In this document: positions 38,309 through 50,300 of the stretch, in pieces
Layout of the letters: every line of letters starts with the position of its first letter
Numbering within the stretch: position 1 is the stretch's first letter
NCBI GenBank assembly: GCA_947460255.1
Contig: CANHIS010000007.1
Coordinates: 4,221-68,220, forward strand
Length of the DNA: 64,000 nt
From: Bacteroidota bacterium
GTDB lineage: Bacteria > Bacteroidota > Bacteroidia > M30B66
Direction: 5' to 3'
Position numbers and translations under genes: made by a program
Notes under the pieces: model-generated
What the model saw: the letters and a program-made list of their open reading frames with translations, nothing else
The model's database searches: none
What the model was told of the DNA's origin: nothing

Positions 38309-38890
38309 ATGAACATCAATCAATTTCCCATCGTTCGGACCTTTAGTTATGCCGAATATTTTGCTTACTGCGAAAACTTAGCTGCTCAAAATGCCAATTC
38401 TGGATCTAACCAAACTGAAGCATTAGCCAATTTTACGAAGCTTAATGTTACCCGAATGAAGCGTGTGTTCAAAACGTTTCAACCTGATACAGATGTTATT
38501 AAATCCCTCCGGGGAAGTTCTGCCTTGCAATGGTTTGTAATTACCGAATCCTGGTGTGGCGATGCTGCTCAGTCGCTGCCTGTGTTTGCGCGTTTAGCGG
38601 AAGCGCTTCCGGAAGTGAAATGCACTGTCGTTTTACGCGATGAAAATCCTGAACTCATCGATGCATTCCTAACCAACGGCGGAAGATCGATACCTAAAGT
38701 GCTATTCACCAACGAAACAGGTGAAATCATTCACCATTGGGGACCTCGGCCACAAGTGCTTCAACAGCTGTTTCTAAAGGAACACAACGCCGGAATACCC
38801 CATGAACAGTCTGTTTTGATGATGCAAGATTGGTACAACAACGACAAAGGCAAGCATCTAACCAACGAAGTAGCTCAATTACTAGCTTAA
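38309..38890 (+). CDS. Thioredoxin-fold family protein
   Basis: …WFVITESWCGDAAQSLP… with the single-Cys WCGD motif in a thioredoxin-like context. Confidence 0.7.
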   Translation: MNINQFPIVRTFSYAEYFAYCENLAAQNANSGSNQTEALANFTKLNVTRMKRVFKTFQPDTDVIKSLRGSSALQWFVITESWCGDAAQSLPVFARLAEALPEVKCTVVLRDENPELIDAFLTNGGRSIPKVLFTNETGEIIHHWGPRPQVLQQLFLKEHNAGIPHEQSVLMMQDWYNNDKGKHLTNEVAQLLA

Positions 38891-39528
38891 TTCCCTAAAA
38901 TAACGAGTCCGTTCAAAAGGGCTTCCATTTTTGGTTTTAGTTCGTTAGAACCTTTTGCTGTTGTGAAACACAGCAATTGGATAGAACCTTGCGGACCCGA
39001 ATAATAGTAATTGTAATAGTAGATTTCGATTTTCTGGATGTTTCCAATCATCTCCAATGCTACCATTTCATTGCCGTTTACGGTTCTGATTTCTTTCGAC
39101 ACCACGGTTAAATCGGTGGCTGTTTTTCGGGCTTGAATGATTGCAATGTCGGCCAATGTTTGCGATGTAGTTTCCATTGATTCGTAAATCAACATGCCAT
39201 AAGCATCCATTTCGGTCGATTTGAAAGCGACTTCTGCTATTTCATTCAGATTCTTTGGATCTGTTCTTTCCCACTCTTTTTCGTTGTACCAGATCTGATA
39301 ACCTTTCGAAATACCTTTGTAATTGTCTTTCGATGAAGAAGATTTCAAAAACTTCCCTTCATTTATAGGAAGTAATTCTTCTGCAATTTCAGCCGTATCA
39401 AGAAAAGCCCAAGTGCCGTCAGAATTCAATAAAACTGTGTCGCCCTCTTCAGTGGTTGCCCGAATTTGTGCACTCAGCGTGCATCCGAAAAATAGTATGC
39501 AACCGCAAGCAATCAGTAGTTTTCTCAT
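38887..39528 (-). CDS. Hypothetical lipoprotein
   Basis: Start set at the internal Met, giving MRKLLIACGCILFFGC|TLSAQ (lipobox-like). The longer ORF-track start overlaps the upstream gene. Confidence 0.6.
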   Translation of the reverse strand: MRKLLIACGCILFFGCTLSAQIRATTEEGDTVLLNSDGTWAFLDTAEIAEELLPINEGKFLKSSSSKDNYKGISKGYQIWYNEKEWERTDPKNLNEIAEVAFKSTEMDAYGMLIYESMETTSQTLADIAIIQARKTATDLTVVSKEIRTVNGNEMVALEMIGNIQKIEIYYYNYYYSGPQGSIQLLCFTTAKGSNELKPKMEALLNGLVILGN

Positions 39529-41435
39529 CACATTGTTTCTTGTAACCAACGGTAAAATTCTTTTTGCCAAACGATGGCGTTATGTGGCTTCAATATCCAG
39601 TGGTTTTCATCTGGAAAATAAAGCAAACGACTTTTAATTCCTCTCAATTGAAGTGCTGTGTAAGCTTGGAAACCTTGAGATTCCGGCACGCGGTAATCCA
39701 ATCCGCCATGAATCACCAACATAGGTGTGTCCCAATTTCCAACGCGATCAATCGGATTGAATTCGGTGTAGGCTTTCTGCGCAGCGGCATTGTCTTTTTC
39801 CCAATAGGCACCTCCCATATCGAAGTTACAGAAGAAGATTTCCTCGGTAGTTCCATACATACTGCGCAAATCGAAAACTCCAGCATGAGCAATAAACGAC
39901 TTGAATCGTTTGTTGTGAATTCCAGCCAAGTTAAACACCGAATATCCTCCATAACTCGCACCAATACAGCCCAATCTTGACTTGTCTACATAAGATTCTT
40001 TCGACACATCATCAATCGCGCTGAGGTAATCTTTCATTACTTGTCCTCCCCAATCTTTGCTTATCGCTTCGTTCCATTCAACACCATGACCTGGCATTCC
40101 GCGTCGGTTTGGCGCAACAACAATGTAACCGTTAGCTGCCATCAATTGGAAATTCCAACGGAAAGAGTAAAACTGTGTGAGCGCCGATTGTGGCCCTCCT
40201 TGACAATAGAGTAACGTTGGATACTTCTTGGCAGGATCAAAATTTGGCGGATACACCACCCACACCAACATTTGCTTCCCATCGGTAGTGGTTACCATGC
40301 GCTTTTCGGTTTTGCTCACAGCCACCGATTTGTATGCTTCATCATTCACCTTGGTGAGTTGGGTTAAAGCTTTCGACTTCAAATTGAAGGTGTACAATTC
40401 GTTTGCATGATTCATGTCGGTTCTTGATAAAACCAATACATCGCCCGATTGACCTACAATGTCGTTTAAATCGAACATCCCGCTAGCAAGCGGAGAAACG
40501 ACAGGCATCTTTTTCGTTAAACCTGGATAATCTACTTCCAGCAATTGGTTTGTACCTCCCACTGCGGCAATGAAATAGATCTTCTTTCCATCAGCCGACC
40601 ATCTGAACGACTTCACAGTGCCATCCCACTTGGCTGTGAGGTTCATGATGCCACCTTTGCCTTTTACGTAAATATCGTTCTTGTCGGCTTCGTAGCCATC
40701 ACGCGCCATACTCAACCAAGCCAAATCATTGTTCGCCGAAAACGCAGGATCGGTGTCGTAACCCATCATTCCTTGTGTGATATTGGTGGTTGAACCAGAT
40801 GCAACATCGTAAGAATACAAATCGGTGTTTGTGCTCAACACATAAGCGGTTCCGAATTTCTTTTTGCATACGTACACAATGATTTTTCCGTCAGCACTCC
40901 AAGTGTAGTCAGACTCGTCGCCCATTGGCATCGTCGGCGTGTCGTATTTTTCATCCGGCATGAGGTCTTTTCCTGCATCAGGCTTGCCGTTCACCAAATT
41001 GTATAAAAACACATGGTTGTATTCTCCATCTTCCCAAGAATCCCAATGGCGGTGGTGCAAATCGTCGTAAATCTGTGCAGAATTGGTTCCCGCTTCTGGA
41101 TAAATGTCTTTTCCAAAAACCTTATCGAGTTTCACACTTTGGTGCCCGATCAAGAATTTACCATCTGGGCTCACCATTCGATCGGCTAGGAGATTGCCCA
41201 CAGAATCTAATTTTACTGCATCGCCACCTTTAATCGGAACCATGAATGTTTCGGAAGAGTTTTTTCCAGATTTCACATCAGTTCTGCTCACTTTGAAGAT
41301 CACTTGTTGGCCGTCTTTGGTGATTCCTAGCGGACTAACGCGGCCGAGCGACCAAAGTTTTTCAATCGTTAGCGGATTTTGTGCCGACAATATTTGCACA
41401 AAAAGAAGTAGCGCAATTGAGAGGATTTTTTTCAT
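39528..41435 (-). CDS. S9 family serine peptidase (prolyl oligopeptidase / acylaminoacyl-peptidase-like) with N-terminal β-propeller
   Basis: Signal peptide. Catalytic nucleophile motif GASYGGY. C-terminal α/β-hydrolase Asp/His region (…GGLDYRVP…DENHW). Confidence 0.88.
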   Translation of the reverse strand: MKKILSIALLLFVQILSAQNPLTIEKLWSLGRVSPLGITKDGQQVIFKVSRTDVKSGKNSSETFMVPIKGGDAVKLDSVGNLLADRMVSPDGKFLIGHQSVKLDKVFGKDIYPEAGTNSAQIYDDLHHRHWDSWEDGEYNHVFLYNLVNGKPDAGKDLMPDEKYDTPTMPMGDESDYTWSADGKIIVYVCKKKFGTAYVLSTNTDLYSYDVASGSTTNITQGMMGYDTDPAFSANNDLAWLSMARDGYEADKNDIYVKGKGGIMNLTAKWDGTVKSFRWSADGKKIYFIAAVGGTNQLLEVDYPGLTKKMPVVSPLASGMFDLNDIVGQSGDVLVLSRTDMNHANELYTFNLKSKALTQLTKVNDEAYKSVAVSKTEKRMVTTTDGKQMLVWVVYPPNFDPAKKYPTLLYCQGGPQSALTQFYSFRWNFQLMAANGYIVVAPNRRGMPGHGVEWNEAISKDWGGQVMKDYLSAIDDVSKESYVDKSRLGCIGASYGGYSVFNLAGIHNKRFKSFIAHAGVFDLRSMYGTTEEIFFCNFDMGGAYWEKDNAAAQKAYTEFNPIDRVGNWDTPMLVIHGGLDYRVPESQGFQAYTALQLRGIKSRLLYFPDENHWILKPHNAIVWQKEFYRWLQETM

Positions 41436-41516
41436 CAGATGTTCTTAAAAGCGGGGCAAGATAGGAGAATTCTATTTATCAGTTCGGTGAACTTCGGAGT
41501 TCAAAACAGAACAAAA

Positions 41517-42200
41517 TTAGAGTTTGAAATTTGCAAGGGGAGCCCAAGCTTCGTTTTTTGGAAAGGTAGCCTGAATGTTAAGCGGTTCTCCATTTATTGG
41601 ATGCGTAAAATCGAGCTTAAACGCATGTAAACAGATACTTCGGTCGGGATTTCCGCGGCGAGCGCCATATTTTACATCACCACGAATGGGCCAACCCATG
41701 GCAGAAAGCTGCACACGAATTTGGTGATGACGGCCAGTTAACGGTTCCACTTCGAGCAGCGTGTAGCGCTCTGCACGGTGCAAAACAGTGTATTTCAACT
41801 CGCAACGAAGCAATCCATCGGCAGGATTTAAAGATGCTCTTGACCGATTTTGAGATTCGTTTTTGGATAAATAATGCACCAGCGATCCTTCGGTTTCCTT
41901 CACCAAACCTTCTACCAAGGCAAGATAAGTTTTACGAATTTTTCGGTCGCGGAACAGTTCATTCATGCGCGACAATCCCTTGCTGGTGCGAGCGAGAAGT
42001 ACCACACCACTTACTGGGCGATCAATTCGGTGGATAACACCAATAAATGCATCACCAGGTTTGTTGAATTGTACTTTTAAATATTGGGCAACTTTTTCGC
42101 TGAGCGGTTGATCGCCAGTTTTGTCGCCTTGTACAATCTCGCCGGCTTGCTTGTTAACTGCGATAAGATGATTGTCGAGATGAAGAACTTCTAAGCTCAT
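41517..42200 (-). CDS. RluA-family pseudouridine synthase
   Basis: Catalytic HRIDRPVSGVVLLARTSKG motif. Confidence 0.88.
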   Translation of the reverse strand: MSLEVLHLDNHLIAVNKQAGEIVQGDKTGDQPLSEKVAQYLKVQFNKPGDAFIGVIHRIDRPVSGVVLLARTSKGLSRMNELFRDRKIRKTYLALVEGLVKETEGSLVHYLSKNESQNRSRASLNPADGLLRCELKYTVLHRAERYTLLEVEPLTGRHHQIRVQLSAMGWPIRGDVKYGARRGNPDRSICLHAFKLDFTHPINGEPLNIQATFPKNEAWAPLANFKL

Positions 42201-43015
42201 CAGTAAGATTCTGATGCATTCGGGAAATCTTTCGACTTCACATCGGCCACATATTTTCCAATAGCACCAGTAATTTGATCATGCAGATCGAGGTACGTGC
42301 GCAGGAATCTTGGTTTAAATTCGGTATTGATCCCTAACATATCGTGTAATACAAGCACCTGCCCATCAACTCCTCCACCCGCTCCAATGCCGATGATTGG
42401 AATTGACACCTCTTGGGCCACGCGTTCAGCAAGCGCTGCAGGTACTTTTTCGATCACTATGGCGAAACAACCAGCTTCCTGCAATAAATGCGCATCGTGG
42501 ATGAGTTTTTTAGCTTCCTCTTCTTCACGGGCACGCACTACATAGGTTCCGAATTTATAAATCGATTGAGGTGTTAAGCCTAAATGTCCCATCACAGGAA
42601 CACCGGCGCTGAGAATTCTTTTAACAGATTCAACTACTTCTTCGCCACCTTCGAGTTTAATTGCATGGGCGCCAGTTTCTTTCATCACACGAATCGCCGA
42701 TGTCAGGGCCTCCTTTGAATTTCCTTGGTAAGACCCAAAAGGAAGATCCACAACTACCAATGCGCGGTTTGTTCCTCGAATTACCGAAGATGCATGGTAA
42801 ATCATTTGGTCTAAGGTAATCGGCAATGTAGTTTCATGGCCTGCCATCACATTTGAAGCAGAGTCTCCTACCAAAATAATGTCAATACCAGCTGCATCCA
42901 CCAATCGAGCCATCGAAAAGTCATAAGCAGTGAGCATGGAGACCTTTTCTCCGCGCACTTTCATATCTTGAATTGTGCGTGTAGTGACGCGTTTTACTTC
43001 TTTTTGTACAGACAT
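42200..43015 (-). CDS. panB: 3-methyl-2-oxobutanoate hydroxymethyltransferase (ketopantoate hydroxymethyltransferase)
   Basis: [29 protein letters not shown]… is the conserved PanB N-terminal core. Confidence 0.93.
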   Translation of the reverse strand: MSVQKEVKRVTTRTIQDMKVRGEKVSMLTAYDFSMARLVDAAGIDIILVGDSASNVMAGHETTLPITLDQMIYHASSVIRGTNRALVVVDLPFGSYQGNSKEALTSAIRVMKETGAHAIKLEGGEEVVESVKRILSAGVPVMGHLGLTPQSIYKFGTYVVRAREEEEAKKLIHDAHLLQEAGCFAIVIEKVPAALAERVAQEVSIPIIGIGAGGGVDGQVLVLHDMLGINTEFKPRFLRTYLDLHDQITGAIGKYVADVKSKDFPNASESY

Positions 43016-43082
43016 AGTTTCAACCGATAAACGGCAATATTAGTAATTTCCTCAACTGACTTGAAATGTATACTTTTGCCTC

Positions 43083-44096
43083 ATGCGTTTTAAGTCAATT
43101 ATTTTATCAGCTCTAGCTAGTCTATTCCTGTTTTCTGCATGTGAAAATGAAGTCGAAATAAATGGCGATTGGAGAGATGTTCCGGTAGTTTTCGGCTTGT
43201 TGGATGTTGATTCAACTGAACAGTTCATTCGAATTAGTCGCGTTTTTCTTGGGGAAGGAGATGCATTAGCATTTGCGCAAATTCAAGACAGCTTGTATTA
43301 CAAAGAAGGCGATATAGATGCAAAAGTTTTCGAATTCATCAATGGGAACGAAACCCGCGTTTTCCCTTTAGTTCGTAGAACAGATATCGCGAAAGACACC
43401 GGCATTTTTGCAAATCCAGGGCAAGTTTTATATAGCTTCGAAGTACCGGCAAATAATAAACTAAAGCTTAATGCAGAGTATGTTCTTTCTGTTAAAAATA
43501 TCAAAACTGGCAACGAACTCATTGGCAGAACTCAGCTGGTAAAAAAGGTAAATGTGGCAACGCCAAGTCAGTTCTCACAATCAGCTAATATTTTCCCACA
43601 ACAAAAAACCTTCGTTAAATGGACGAGTTCTGAAAATGGACGTTTGTACGAAGTGTTTCTGCGATTTATTTACCGCGAGTATCCTGAGGGTCTGCCGCAA
43701 AATGTAGTGCGGAAAGAAGTGAATATCAACTTAGGAAGATTAACTGCAAACAATGATGTTGGAGGCGAAGAACTTCAACGAGAAATCGATAACCGAGTTA
43801 TTTATCAAACATTGGCATCGTTTATCTCAGCAGCAACGCCTGAGAACCCAATGTTGCGGTTTGCAGATAGCTTGTATTATGTGATTAATGCAGGTGATGA
43901 AGATCTATTTACATATTTAAACGTAAACCAACCGTCGAACACCATTGCGCAGGAACGTCCGCAATTTACCAATATTGAGAATGGATTGGGCTTGTTTGCA
44001 AGCAGAAACACTTACATCCGTCGTTTACCAATTGGGCCTTTAACTTCCGATTCGTTGCGGAACAATCCGGTTACACAACCACTCAACTTCCAGTAA
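43083..44096 (+). CDS. Hypothetical lipoprotein
   Basis: Signal peptide plus lipobox (LFLFSAC). No recognisable catalytic motifs. Confidence 0.65.
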   Translation: MRFKSIILSALASLFLFSACENEVEINGDWRDVPVVFGLLDVDSTEQFIRISRVFLGEGDALAFAQIQDSLYYKEGDIDAKVFEFINGNETRVFPLVRRTDIAKDTGIFANPGQVLYSFEVPANNKLKLNAEYVLSVKNIKTGNELIGRTQLVKKVNVATPSQFSQSANIFPQQKTFVKWTSSENGRLYEVFLRFIYREYPEGLPQNVVRKEVNINLGRLTANNDVGGEELQREIDNRVIYQTLASFISAATPENPMLRFADSLYYVINAGDEDLFTYLNVNQPSNTIAQERPQFTNIENGLGLFASRNTYIRRLPIGPLTSDSLRNNPVTQPLNFQ

Positions 44097-44237
44097 TAAC
44101 CGCTGACTAATTGTCACCAAGTTTGCTGACAGATTCCTGTAATTGACAGTTGAATCTGCCAAAATCGACATGCTTTCCTGGTGGCATAATGATTGAAAAG
44201 TCGCCGTCAAACTGATTAACACGTAAATAAAATCATC

Positions 44238-46148
44238 ATGGGAAAGATCATTGGTATTGACCTCGGAACCACCAATTCCTGTGTCGCTGTAATGGAGGGT
44301 AACGAACCTGTTGTTATACCGAACAGTGAAGGGAAAAGAACCACTCCGTCTATTGTTGGATTCCTAGACAAAGGCGAACGTAAAGTGGGTGATCCGGCGA
44401 AGCGTCAGGCGATCACTAATCCAACAAAAACTGTTTATTCAATTAAGCGCTTTATGGGAAATAGCTTCAATGAAGTTACGACCGAAACACAGCGCGTTCC
44501 TTATAAAGTAGTGAAAGGCGATAACAATACGCCTCGCGTGCAGATCGATGACAGAATGTACACTCCGCAAGAGATTTCTGCCATGGTTCTTCAAAAAATG
44601 AAGCAAACTGCGCAAGATTTTCTTGGGCAAGAAGTAACAGAAGCCGTGATCACTGTTCCAGCTTATTTCAACGATGCGCAACGTCAGGCTACAAAAGAAG
44701 CGGGCGAAATTGCAGGTTTGAAGGTGATGCGTATCATCAACGAGCCCACTGCAGCTGCATTGGCTTACGGTTTAGATAAGAAGAACCAAGAAATGAAAAT
44801 CGTAGTGTTCGACTGCGGTGGAGGTACACATGACGTTTCTATCTTGGAATTGGGTGATGGAGTATTCGAAGTAAAATCAACTGATGGTGATACGCATTTA
44901 GGTGGAGATGACTTCGATCAAAAAATCATCGATTGGTTGGCTGATGAATTCGCTAAAAACGAAGGAGAAGGCATGGATCTTCGTAAAGATGCAATGGCAC
45001 TTCAACGTTTAAAAGAAGCTGCTGAAAAAGCTAAGATCGAATTGTCGAGCACTGAAACTAGCGAAATCAACCTTCCATACATTACTGCAACGCAATCTGG
45101 TCCTAAACACTTGGTTCGCACCTTGAGCCGTTCGAAGTTCGAGCAATTGGTAGACGACTTAATCCGTAGAACAATCGAACCTTGCAAATCAGCATTGAAA
45201 AATGCAGGTTACACAAATAGTGATATCGACGAAATCATCCTAGTAGGAGGTTCAACAAGAATTCCTGCTGTACAAGCTGCAGTAGAGAAGTTCTTCGGAA
45301 AGGCTCCAAGCAAAGGCGTAAATCCAGATGAGGTTGTGGCTATCGGAGCCGCGATTCAAGGTGGCGTTTTAACAGGTGAAGTGAAAGATGTTTTGTTGCT
45401 TGATGTAACTCCACTTTCGCTCGGGATTGAAACTATGGGTGGTGTAATGACTCGATTGATTGAGTCGAACACAACGATCCCAACCCGCAAGTCGGAAGTA
45501 TTCTCCACAGCAAGTGATAGTCAGCCATCTGTTGAAATTCACATCTTACAGGGCGAACGCCCAATGGCTCCGCAAAACCGTACGATTGGTCGTTTCCATT
45601 TGGATGGCCTTCCACCAGCACCTCGTGGAGTTCCTCAAATTGAAGTAACTTTCGATATCGATGCAAATGGAATTTTGCATGTAGCTGCTAAAGACAAGGC
45701 TACTGGGAAAGAACAAAAAATCCGTATTGAAGCTTCCTCAGGTTTGAGCGACGACGAAATCAAGCGAATGAAAAATGAAGCTGAAGCCAACGCAGAAATC
45801 GACAAGAAAGCGAAGGAAGAGGCAGTGAAGATTAACGAAGCAGATTCGATGATTTTCCAAACCGAAAAGCAGTTGAAGGAATTTGGAGATAAAATTCCAG
45901 CCGATAAAAAATCAACAATTGAGTCTGCCTTGGTAGAACTTAAGGCAGCGCATTCAAGTCGCGATTTAAATTCGATCGATACAGCATTAGCGAACATTAA
46001 CACAGCATGGGCTGCTGCATCAGAAGATATGTACAAGGCGACACAAGATGCACAAGGAGGCGAATCGCAAGGTGAACCATCTGGACAAGCTCAAGGAGCA
46101 GATGTAACTGATGTAGATTTTGAAGAAGTAAAAGAAGATCAGAAATAA
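44238..46148 (+). CDS. dnaK: Molecular chaperone DnaK (Hsp70)
   Basis: [30 protein letters not shown], and an acidic C-terminal tail. Confidence 0.98.
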   Translation: MGKIIGIDLGTTNSCVAVMEGNEPVVIPNSEGKRTTPSIVGFLDKGERKVGDPAKRQAITNPTKTVYSIKRFMGNSFNEVTTETQRVPYKVVKGDNNTPRVQIDDRMYTPQEISAMVLQKMKQTAQDFLGQEVTEAVITVPAYFNDAQRQATKEAGEIAGLKVMRIINEPTAAALAYGLDKKNQEMKIVVFDCGGGTHDVSILELGDGVFEVKSTDGDTHLGGDDFDQKIIDWLADEFAKNEGEGMDLRKDAMALQRLKEAAEKAKIELSSTETSEINLPYITATQSGPKHLVRTLSRSKFEQLVDDLIRRTIEPCKSALKNAGYTNSDIDEIILVGGSTRIPAVQAAVEKFFGKAPSKGVNPDEVVAIGAAIQGGVLTGEVKDVLLLDVTPLSLGIETMGGVMTRLIESNTTIPTRKSEVFSTASDSQPSVEIHILQGERPMAPQNRTIGRFHLDGLPPAPRGVPQIEVTFDIDANGILHVAAKDKATGKEQKIRIEASSGLSDDEIKRMKNEAEANAEIDKKAKEEAVKINEADSMIFQTEKQLKEFGDKIPADKKSTIESALVELKAAHSSRDLNSIDTALANINTAWAAASEDMYKATQDAQGGESQGEPSGQAQGADVTDVDFEEVKEDQK

Positions 46149-46168
46149 TCTTCGAAATGAATTAACGC

Positions 46169-46205
46169 AAAACGCCGGTAACATAGAGTTACCGGCGTTT
46201 TTTAT
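46169..46205 (+). terminator. Rho-independent terminator of dnaK
   Basis: AACGCCGGTAAC-ATAGAG-GTTACCGGCGTT hairpin followed by TTTTTATTT. Confidence 0.8.
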
Positions 46206-46251
46206 TTATAAATCATTATAAATTGAGCCTTTAAGCAATGCCCATTCAAGA

Positions 46252-46692
46252 TTATTTTCGAATGAGTGTTTTGGCCTCTGCGTCATTAATCACATCCACT
46301 AAAAAACCTGCCTGTAGAGGCTTTTGCATATATCCACTTACCAAAGGATGTTCTACAGCCATTCTTGGATCAGAAGGGTTAATTGAAGATGTTAACATGT
46401 AGATTCTACATCTTGTTTTTAGCCACGGATGCCGATCGGTGCACAACTCCAGAAATTCCCAGCCGTTGATAATTGGCATTGAGATATCTAGGAAAATGAT
46501 GTCGGGTAGCCTCCTTGATCTAGGATATTTATCAAGCTCTTTCAGTGCATCACCGGCAAACAAAAAAGATTCAGATTTTATTTCCGGAAAGTGGTCTTCA
46601 ATCAGGTAGCTATTGAAAACATTGTTCATCGGATCATCATCAATCAGCCAGACGTTTTTAATGTTCATTCTGTGTTGGTTTGGAAGTGGCAA
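46252..46692 (-). CDS. Stand-alone CheY-like response-regulator receiver protein
   Basis: VWLIDDDPMNN…IIFLDISMPIINGWEF…MLTSSINPSD. Confidence 0.85.
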   Translation of the reverse strand: MPLPNQHRMNIKNVWLIDDDPMNNVFNSYLIEDHFPEIKSESFLFAGDALKELDKYPRSRRLPDIIFLDISMPIINGWEFLELCTDRHPWLKTRCRIYMLTSSINPSDPRMAVEHPLVSGYMQKPLQAGFLVDVINDAEAKTLIRK

Positions 46693-46921
46693 GCTATATA
46701 AACTGTAAATCTTAGTTAGAATGAAGTTTTAGCATTGCTTACAGAATTCAATATCAAATTTATAGAACCATATATTATTGAAGATGAACAGATTGCGTTA
46801 AGCAAAAAAAACTTACATGATGAAATATCTTAGAATTAAGAATTTACAGCACGCAATGACAAGAAAATGATGCTTATGAGATTTTAATAATCCACCTCAA
46901 GCTTTAAAACTACAATACAGA

Positions 46922-47317
46922 TTAAACAGCCCTTCTCTCTTGAATCGAGGGAGCAAAAATGGGCTGTAGATTTTCCACTTCAAAAGGTTTCGATATAAAC
47001 CCTCGAGCCAAGGAATTATTCTCAGCACGTAACCTGTCGGCTGGATCTAATGAAGATGAAAGCATGTAAATATCCGGGAAGTGATTTCCTGATTTGCCTT
47101 GTATTAACAATGCATCTAGAAACTCCCATCCATTCATTTCAGGCATGTTGATATCGAGAAAAATTATGTCGGGATAATTCTTCGATTCAAATAAATCTTC
47201 CAGAGCAATTTTCGCCTTCCCAAACAATTGGATTGTAAGTCCTTTGAAATGCTCTTCTAGGTAATACCTATTAAGCATATTGGTTACATTGTCATCATCT
47301 ATCAGCCAAACACGCAT
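46922..47317 (-). CDS. Stand-alone CheY-like response-regulator receiver protein
   Basis: VWLIDDDNVTN…IIFLDINMPEMNGWEF…MLSSSLDPADR. 6 bp downstream of the giant kinase. Confidence 0.88.
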   Translation of the reverse strand: MRVWLIDDDNVTNMLNRYYLEEHFKGLTIQLFGKAKIALEDLFESKNYPDIIFLDINMPEMNGWEFLDALLIQGKSGNHFPDIYMLSSSLDPADRLRAENNSLARGFISKPFEVENLQPIFAPSIQERRAV

Positions 47318-47323
47318 CTTACA

Positions 47324-50300
47324 TTATTCTTTGATAGTAAATGTAAGTATGAATGTTGTACCCTCCCCTTCTTTACTCTCAATTTGAATATTACCCCCCA
47401 TGACACGAACTTGTTCTTGCACCATGGTTAATCCAAGACCTGTTCCAGGAACATCATTGTGCAATCTTGAATAAAGCTTAAACAATTTACTGCCGTGTTT
47501 TTCCAAGTCAATACCGCGGCCGTTATCACTGATAGTGAGAATTACTTTACCAGAAAGAGTAGACGATTTAATCTTTAATTTCAAATCTCTGCCCGCTGCT
47601 CTATATTTGAATGCATTGGAAATAAGGTTTTGAAAAACGCTCACCATGTATGGTTTAAATGCCTTTATTTCTGCTGCCTCTGAAAAATCAATATCCAATA
47701 TTCTAGGGATTTTCGATATCTCATTTTTCAGATTCTCTAAAACAAAATCAAAAATTTCTTGAAACTGAATTACTTCAAACTGGCGAAAAACATTTTCTTT
47801 AATGTTGAGTATTTTATTTAAATCACGTAGAATATTGTCGACAGAATTGGCAGATATTTTTAACCCATTAATTAATTCTTCATTTCTGCTGTCCGCAGGG
47901 TCTTCTTCGTTGTAAAGATTAATACATCCGAGAATATTGGCTACTGGCGCACGCAAATTGTGAGAAACTATATAGGAATATTGCCTTAATTGGACGTTAG
48001 TATCCAGTAACTCATTATTCAATAAACGCAATTGATTTTCTGCATGAATTAATTCGGCCTTTTCTTGAACAGATTTAATCAAAGTGGAAAACAATGAAAG
48101 TGCGTCGGCTTTATCAATTCCGTCATTGTCGGCATCAAAAAGGAAATAACAACGCCCGCGTCCAGGCATTTGTACAGGAGCAATAACCCTGTTTGGGTAT
48201 TGATCGCCAAAATAACTGGTTTCGTTTAGTGCTAATGACACCCAACTTTTATTCAGTTCTGATTGTACATCAGTAATGAATGGCAGCTTTGCTTGATAAG
48301 CCTCCGGATAAATCATCTTTGGCAGAAATGTGCCTGGCACATCATCATCAGAATAAAGCATGCATCCATTCACGATTTGAGCATTATGAAGGGCTTCAGT
48401 AAATCTGAGAAACAGATCTTGCAAATCAGCAGCTACGGAAATTGATGCAGCTACTGCATTAGAAATTGCTTCACTTTGTATGCGTCCTGTTTTTTCCTTT
48501 TCTGCAATTTTACGGTCGGTAATATCCACCGTTACACCCATAAAAATACGTTTCCCCGAGATCGATGTGATTGCAACCGCAGACTTTTCATAAAATCGCA
48601 CAGGTAAATCTGGAAGTACGTGGCGACATTCAATTTTGTAAGGAATTCCATCATTTAACAAGCGGTTAAAGACCATGTTAAAATGATCTAAATCGTCTGG
48701 ATGAATAAATGGTAAAACAGCATCAAATTTAAGCGGATCTGTCGAATTTGCAACAAGTCCGTAAAATTCAAACATGGCCTCCGACCAAAAAACAGAATCG
48801 CGCCCCTCTTCAATTTCCCACGCTCCAATTTTAGCGAGACTGTAAGCTTTTCTCAGTTTTTGGTCTGCTTCAATTCTATGGAAATATTCTAAATTAAATG
48901 AGATTAATTCTGAAATTGACCCAACAAATGAAGCATATTCACTTTGCCATTCGAAACTTGAGCGATTGTTTTCAATTAATAAAATTAATCCGTTCGACAA
49001 ATCAGTATTCACTAAATTGATGATCGGAATTATTGATTCATCCAAGTCGAAAATAGCGTTTAAAGAATCGTGAAGAATCGCACTTGGATTTCCATTTGCT
49101 ATATCGTTTTGTGAGGCGTGTTGAATGCTGATTTCATTTAACAGTCGCGATTTTTCGGCATTTAGAGCTACTATTTCTGTAGATGTATTTGCATCATTCA
49201 AATTGTGCCAAACAATCCTCTTATATAATTCGCGATCCGAACTCAATTCCCACAATGAGAAACTGGTAAATCCAAAATTCTCATTTAATTTGGCAAAAAG
49301 CATCGAATAAAATTCATTCAAGGAATCAGTAGAAACCTTTTCCTCTCGAGATATTTCATACAATGTATGCTCAACTTTCTGGCGTCTATCGTCTGTTTCT
49401 TTTTGTTGTGTGATGTCGTTAAAAACACCTGAAATAGATATCGGCTCACCATTTGAATTAAACAATAACTTACTGGTTTCTCTGAGCCATTTCCAATGAC
49501 CATTTGAGTGCAGTATCCTATAAACCAAAACATTTTGCTTACTTGAATCGAAGGTTAAAACATTTTGCTTGACAATTTTTACATCATCAGGGTGAATTTT
49601 GGAAAGCCAGAAATTAGGTGTTTGGGCAATTTCTACTTCATCGTAGCCTAACAAAGACTCTACACGTTCATTTAAGTAGGTGAATTCATAAGGATTATTG
49701 TGGCTCATCGTGAATGGCAACACTGGCAAAGACTGCACAAGAAGCGACAATTTATTTTCGGACGCAATTAATTGTAATTCGGCTTGCTTTTTAAGCGATA
49801 TATCTCGGATAAAGGAACTGAAAATGATCTCACCTTCTATTTCAATTCTTGTAATGAATATTTCGATTGGAAATTCATGGCCCGATTTATTAACAGCAGT
49901 AAGTTCCATTAAGGTATTCAACACATTCGACTTTCCAGTTTTCATGTGCGCATCCATTCCAAACGAATGAGAATTTCTATGGAATTGAGGGATAATTGTA
50001 TCTACAATATTTTGCCCTTTAATTTCCTCTGCTGTCCAGCCAAATATAAGTTCTGCTTTAGGATTCCAAATTTGTATCAACCCTTGAGAATCAGTCGATA
50101 CAACTGCATCCAACGCAGTATCGATAATTTGCTGTGCTTTAAGTTCAGCAGATTTCCTCAATTTAGATTGATGAATTTCTGCCGTTTTGTCAATCATGGT
50201 GAGAAAATTCAATTTTCTACCTCCAATTTCCATTAATGCTCCTTGAACCTCAACAATTTTTGGCGTTCTTTCATAATCGTAAATCCTCAGCAATACAGCA

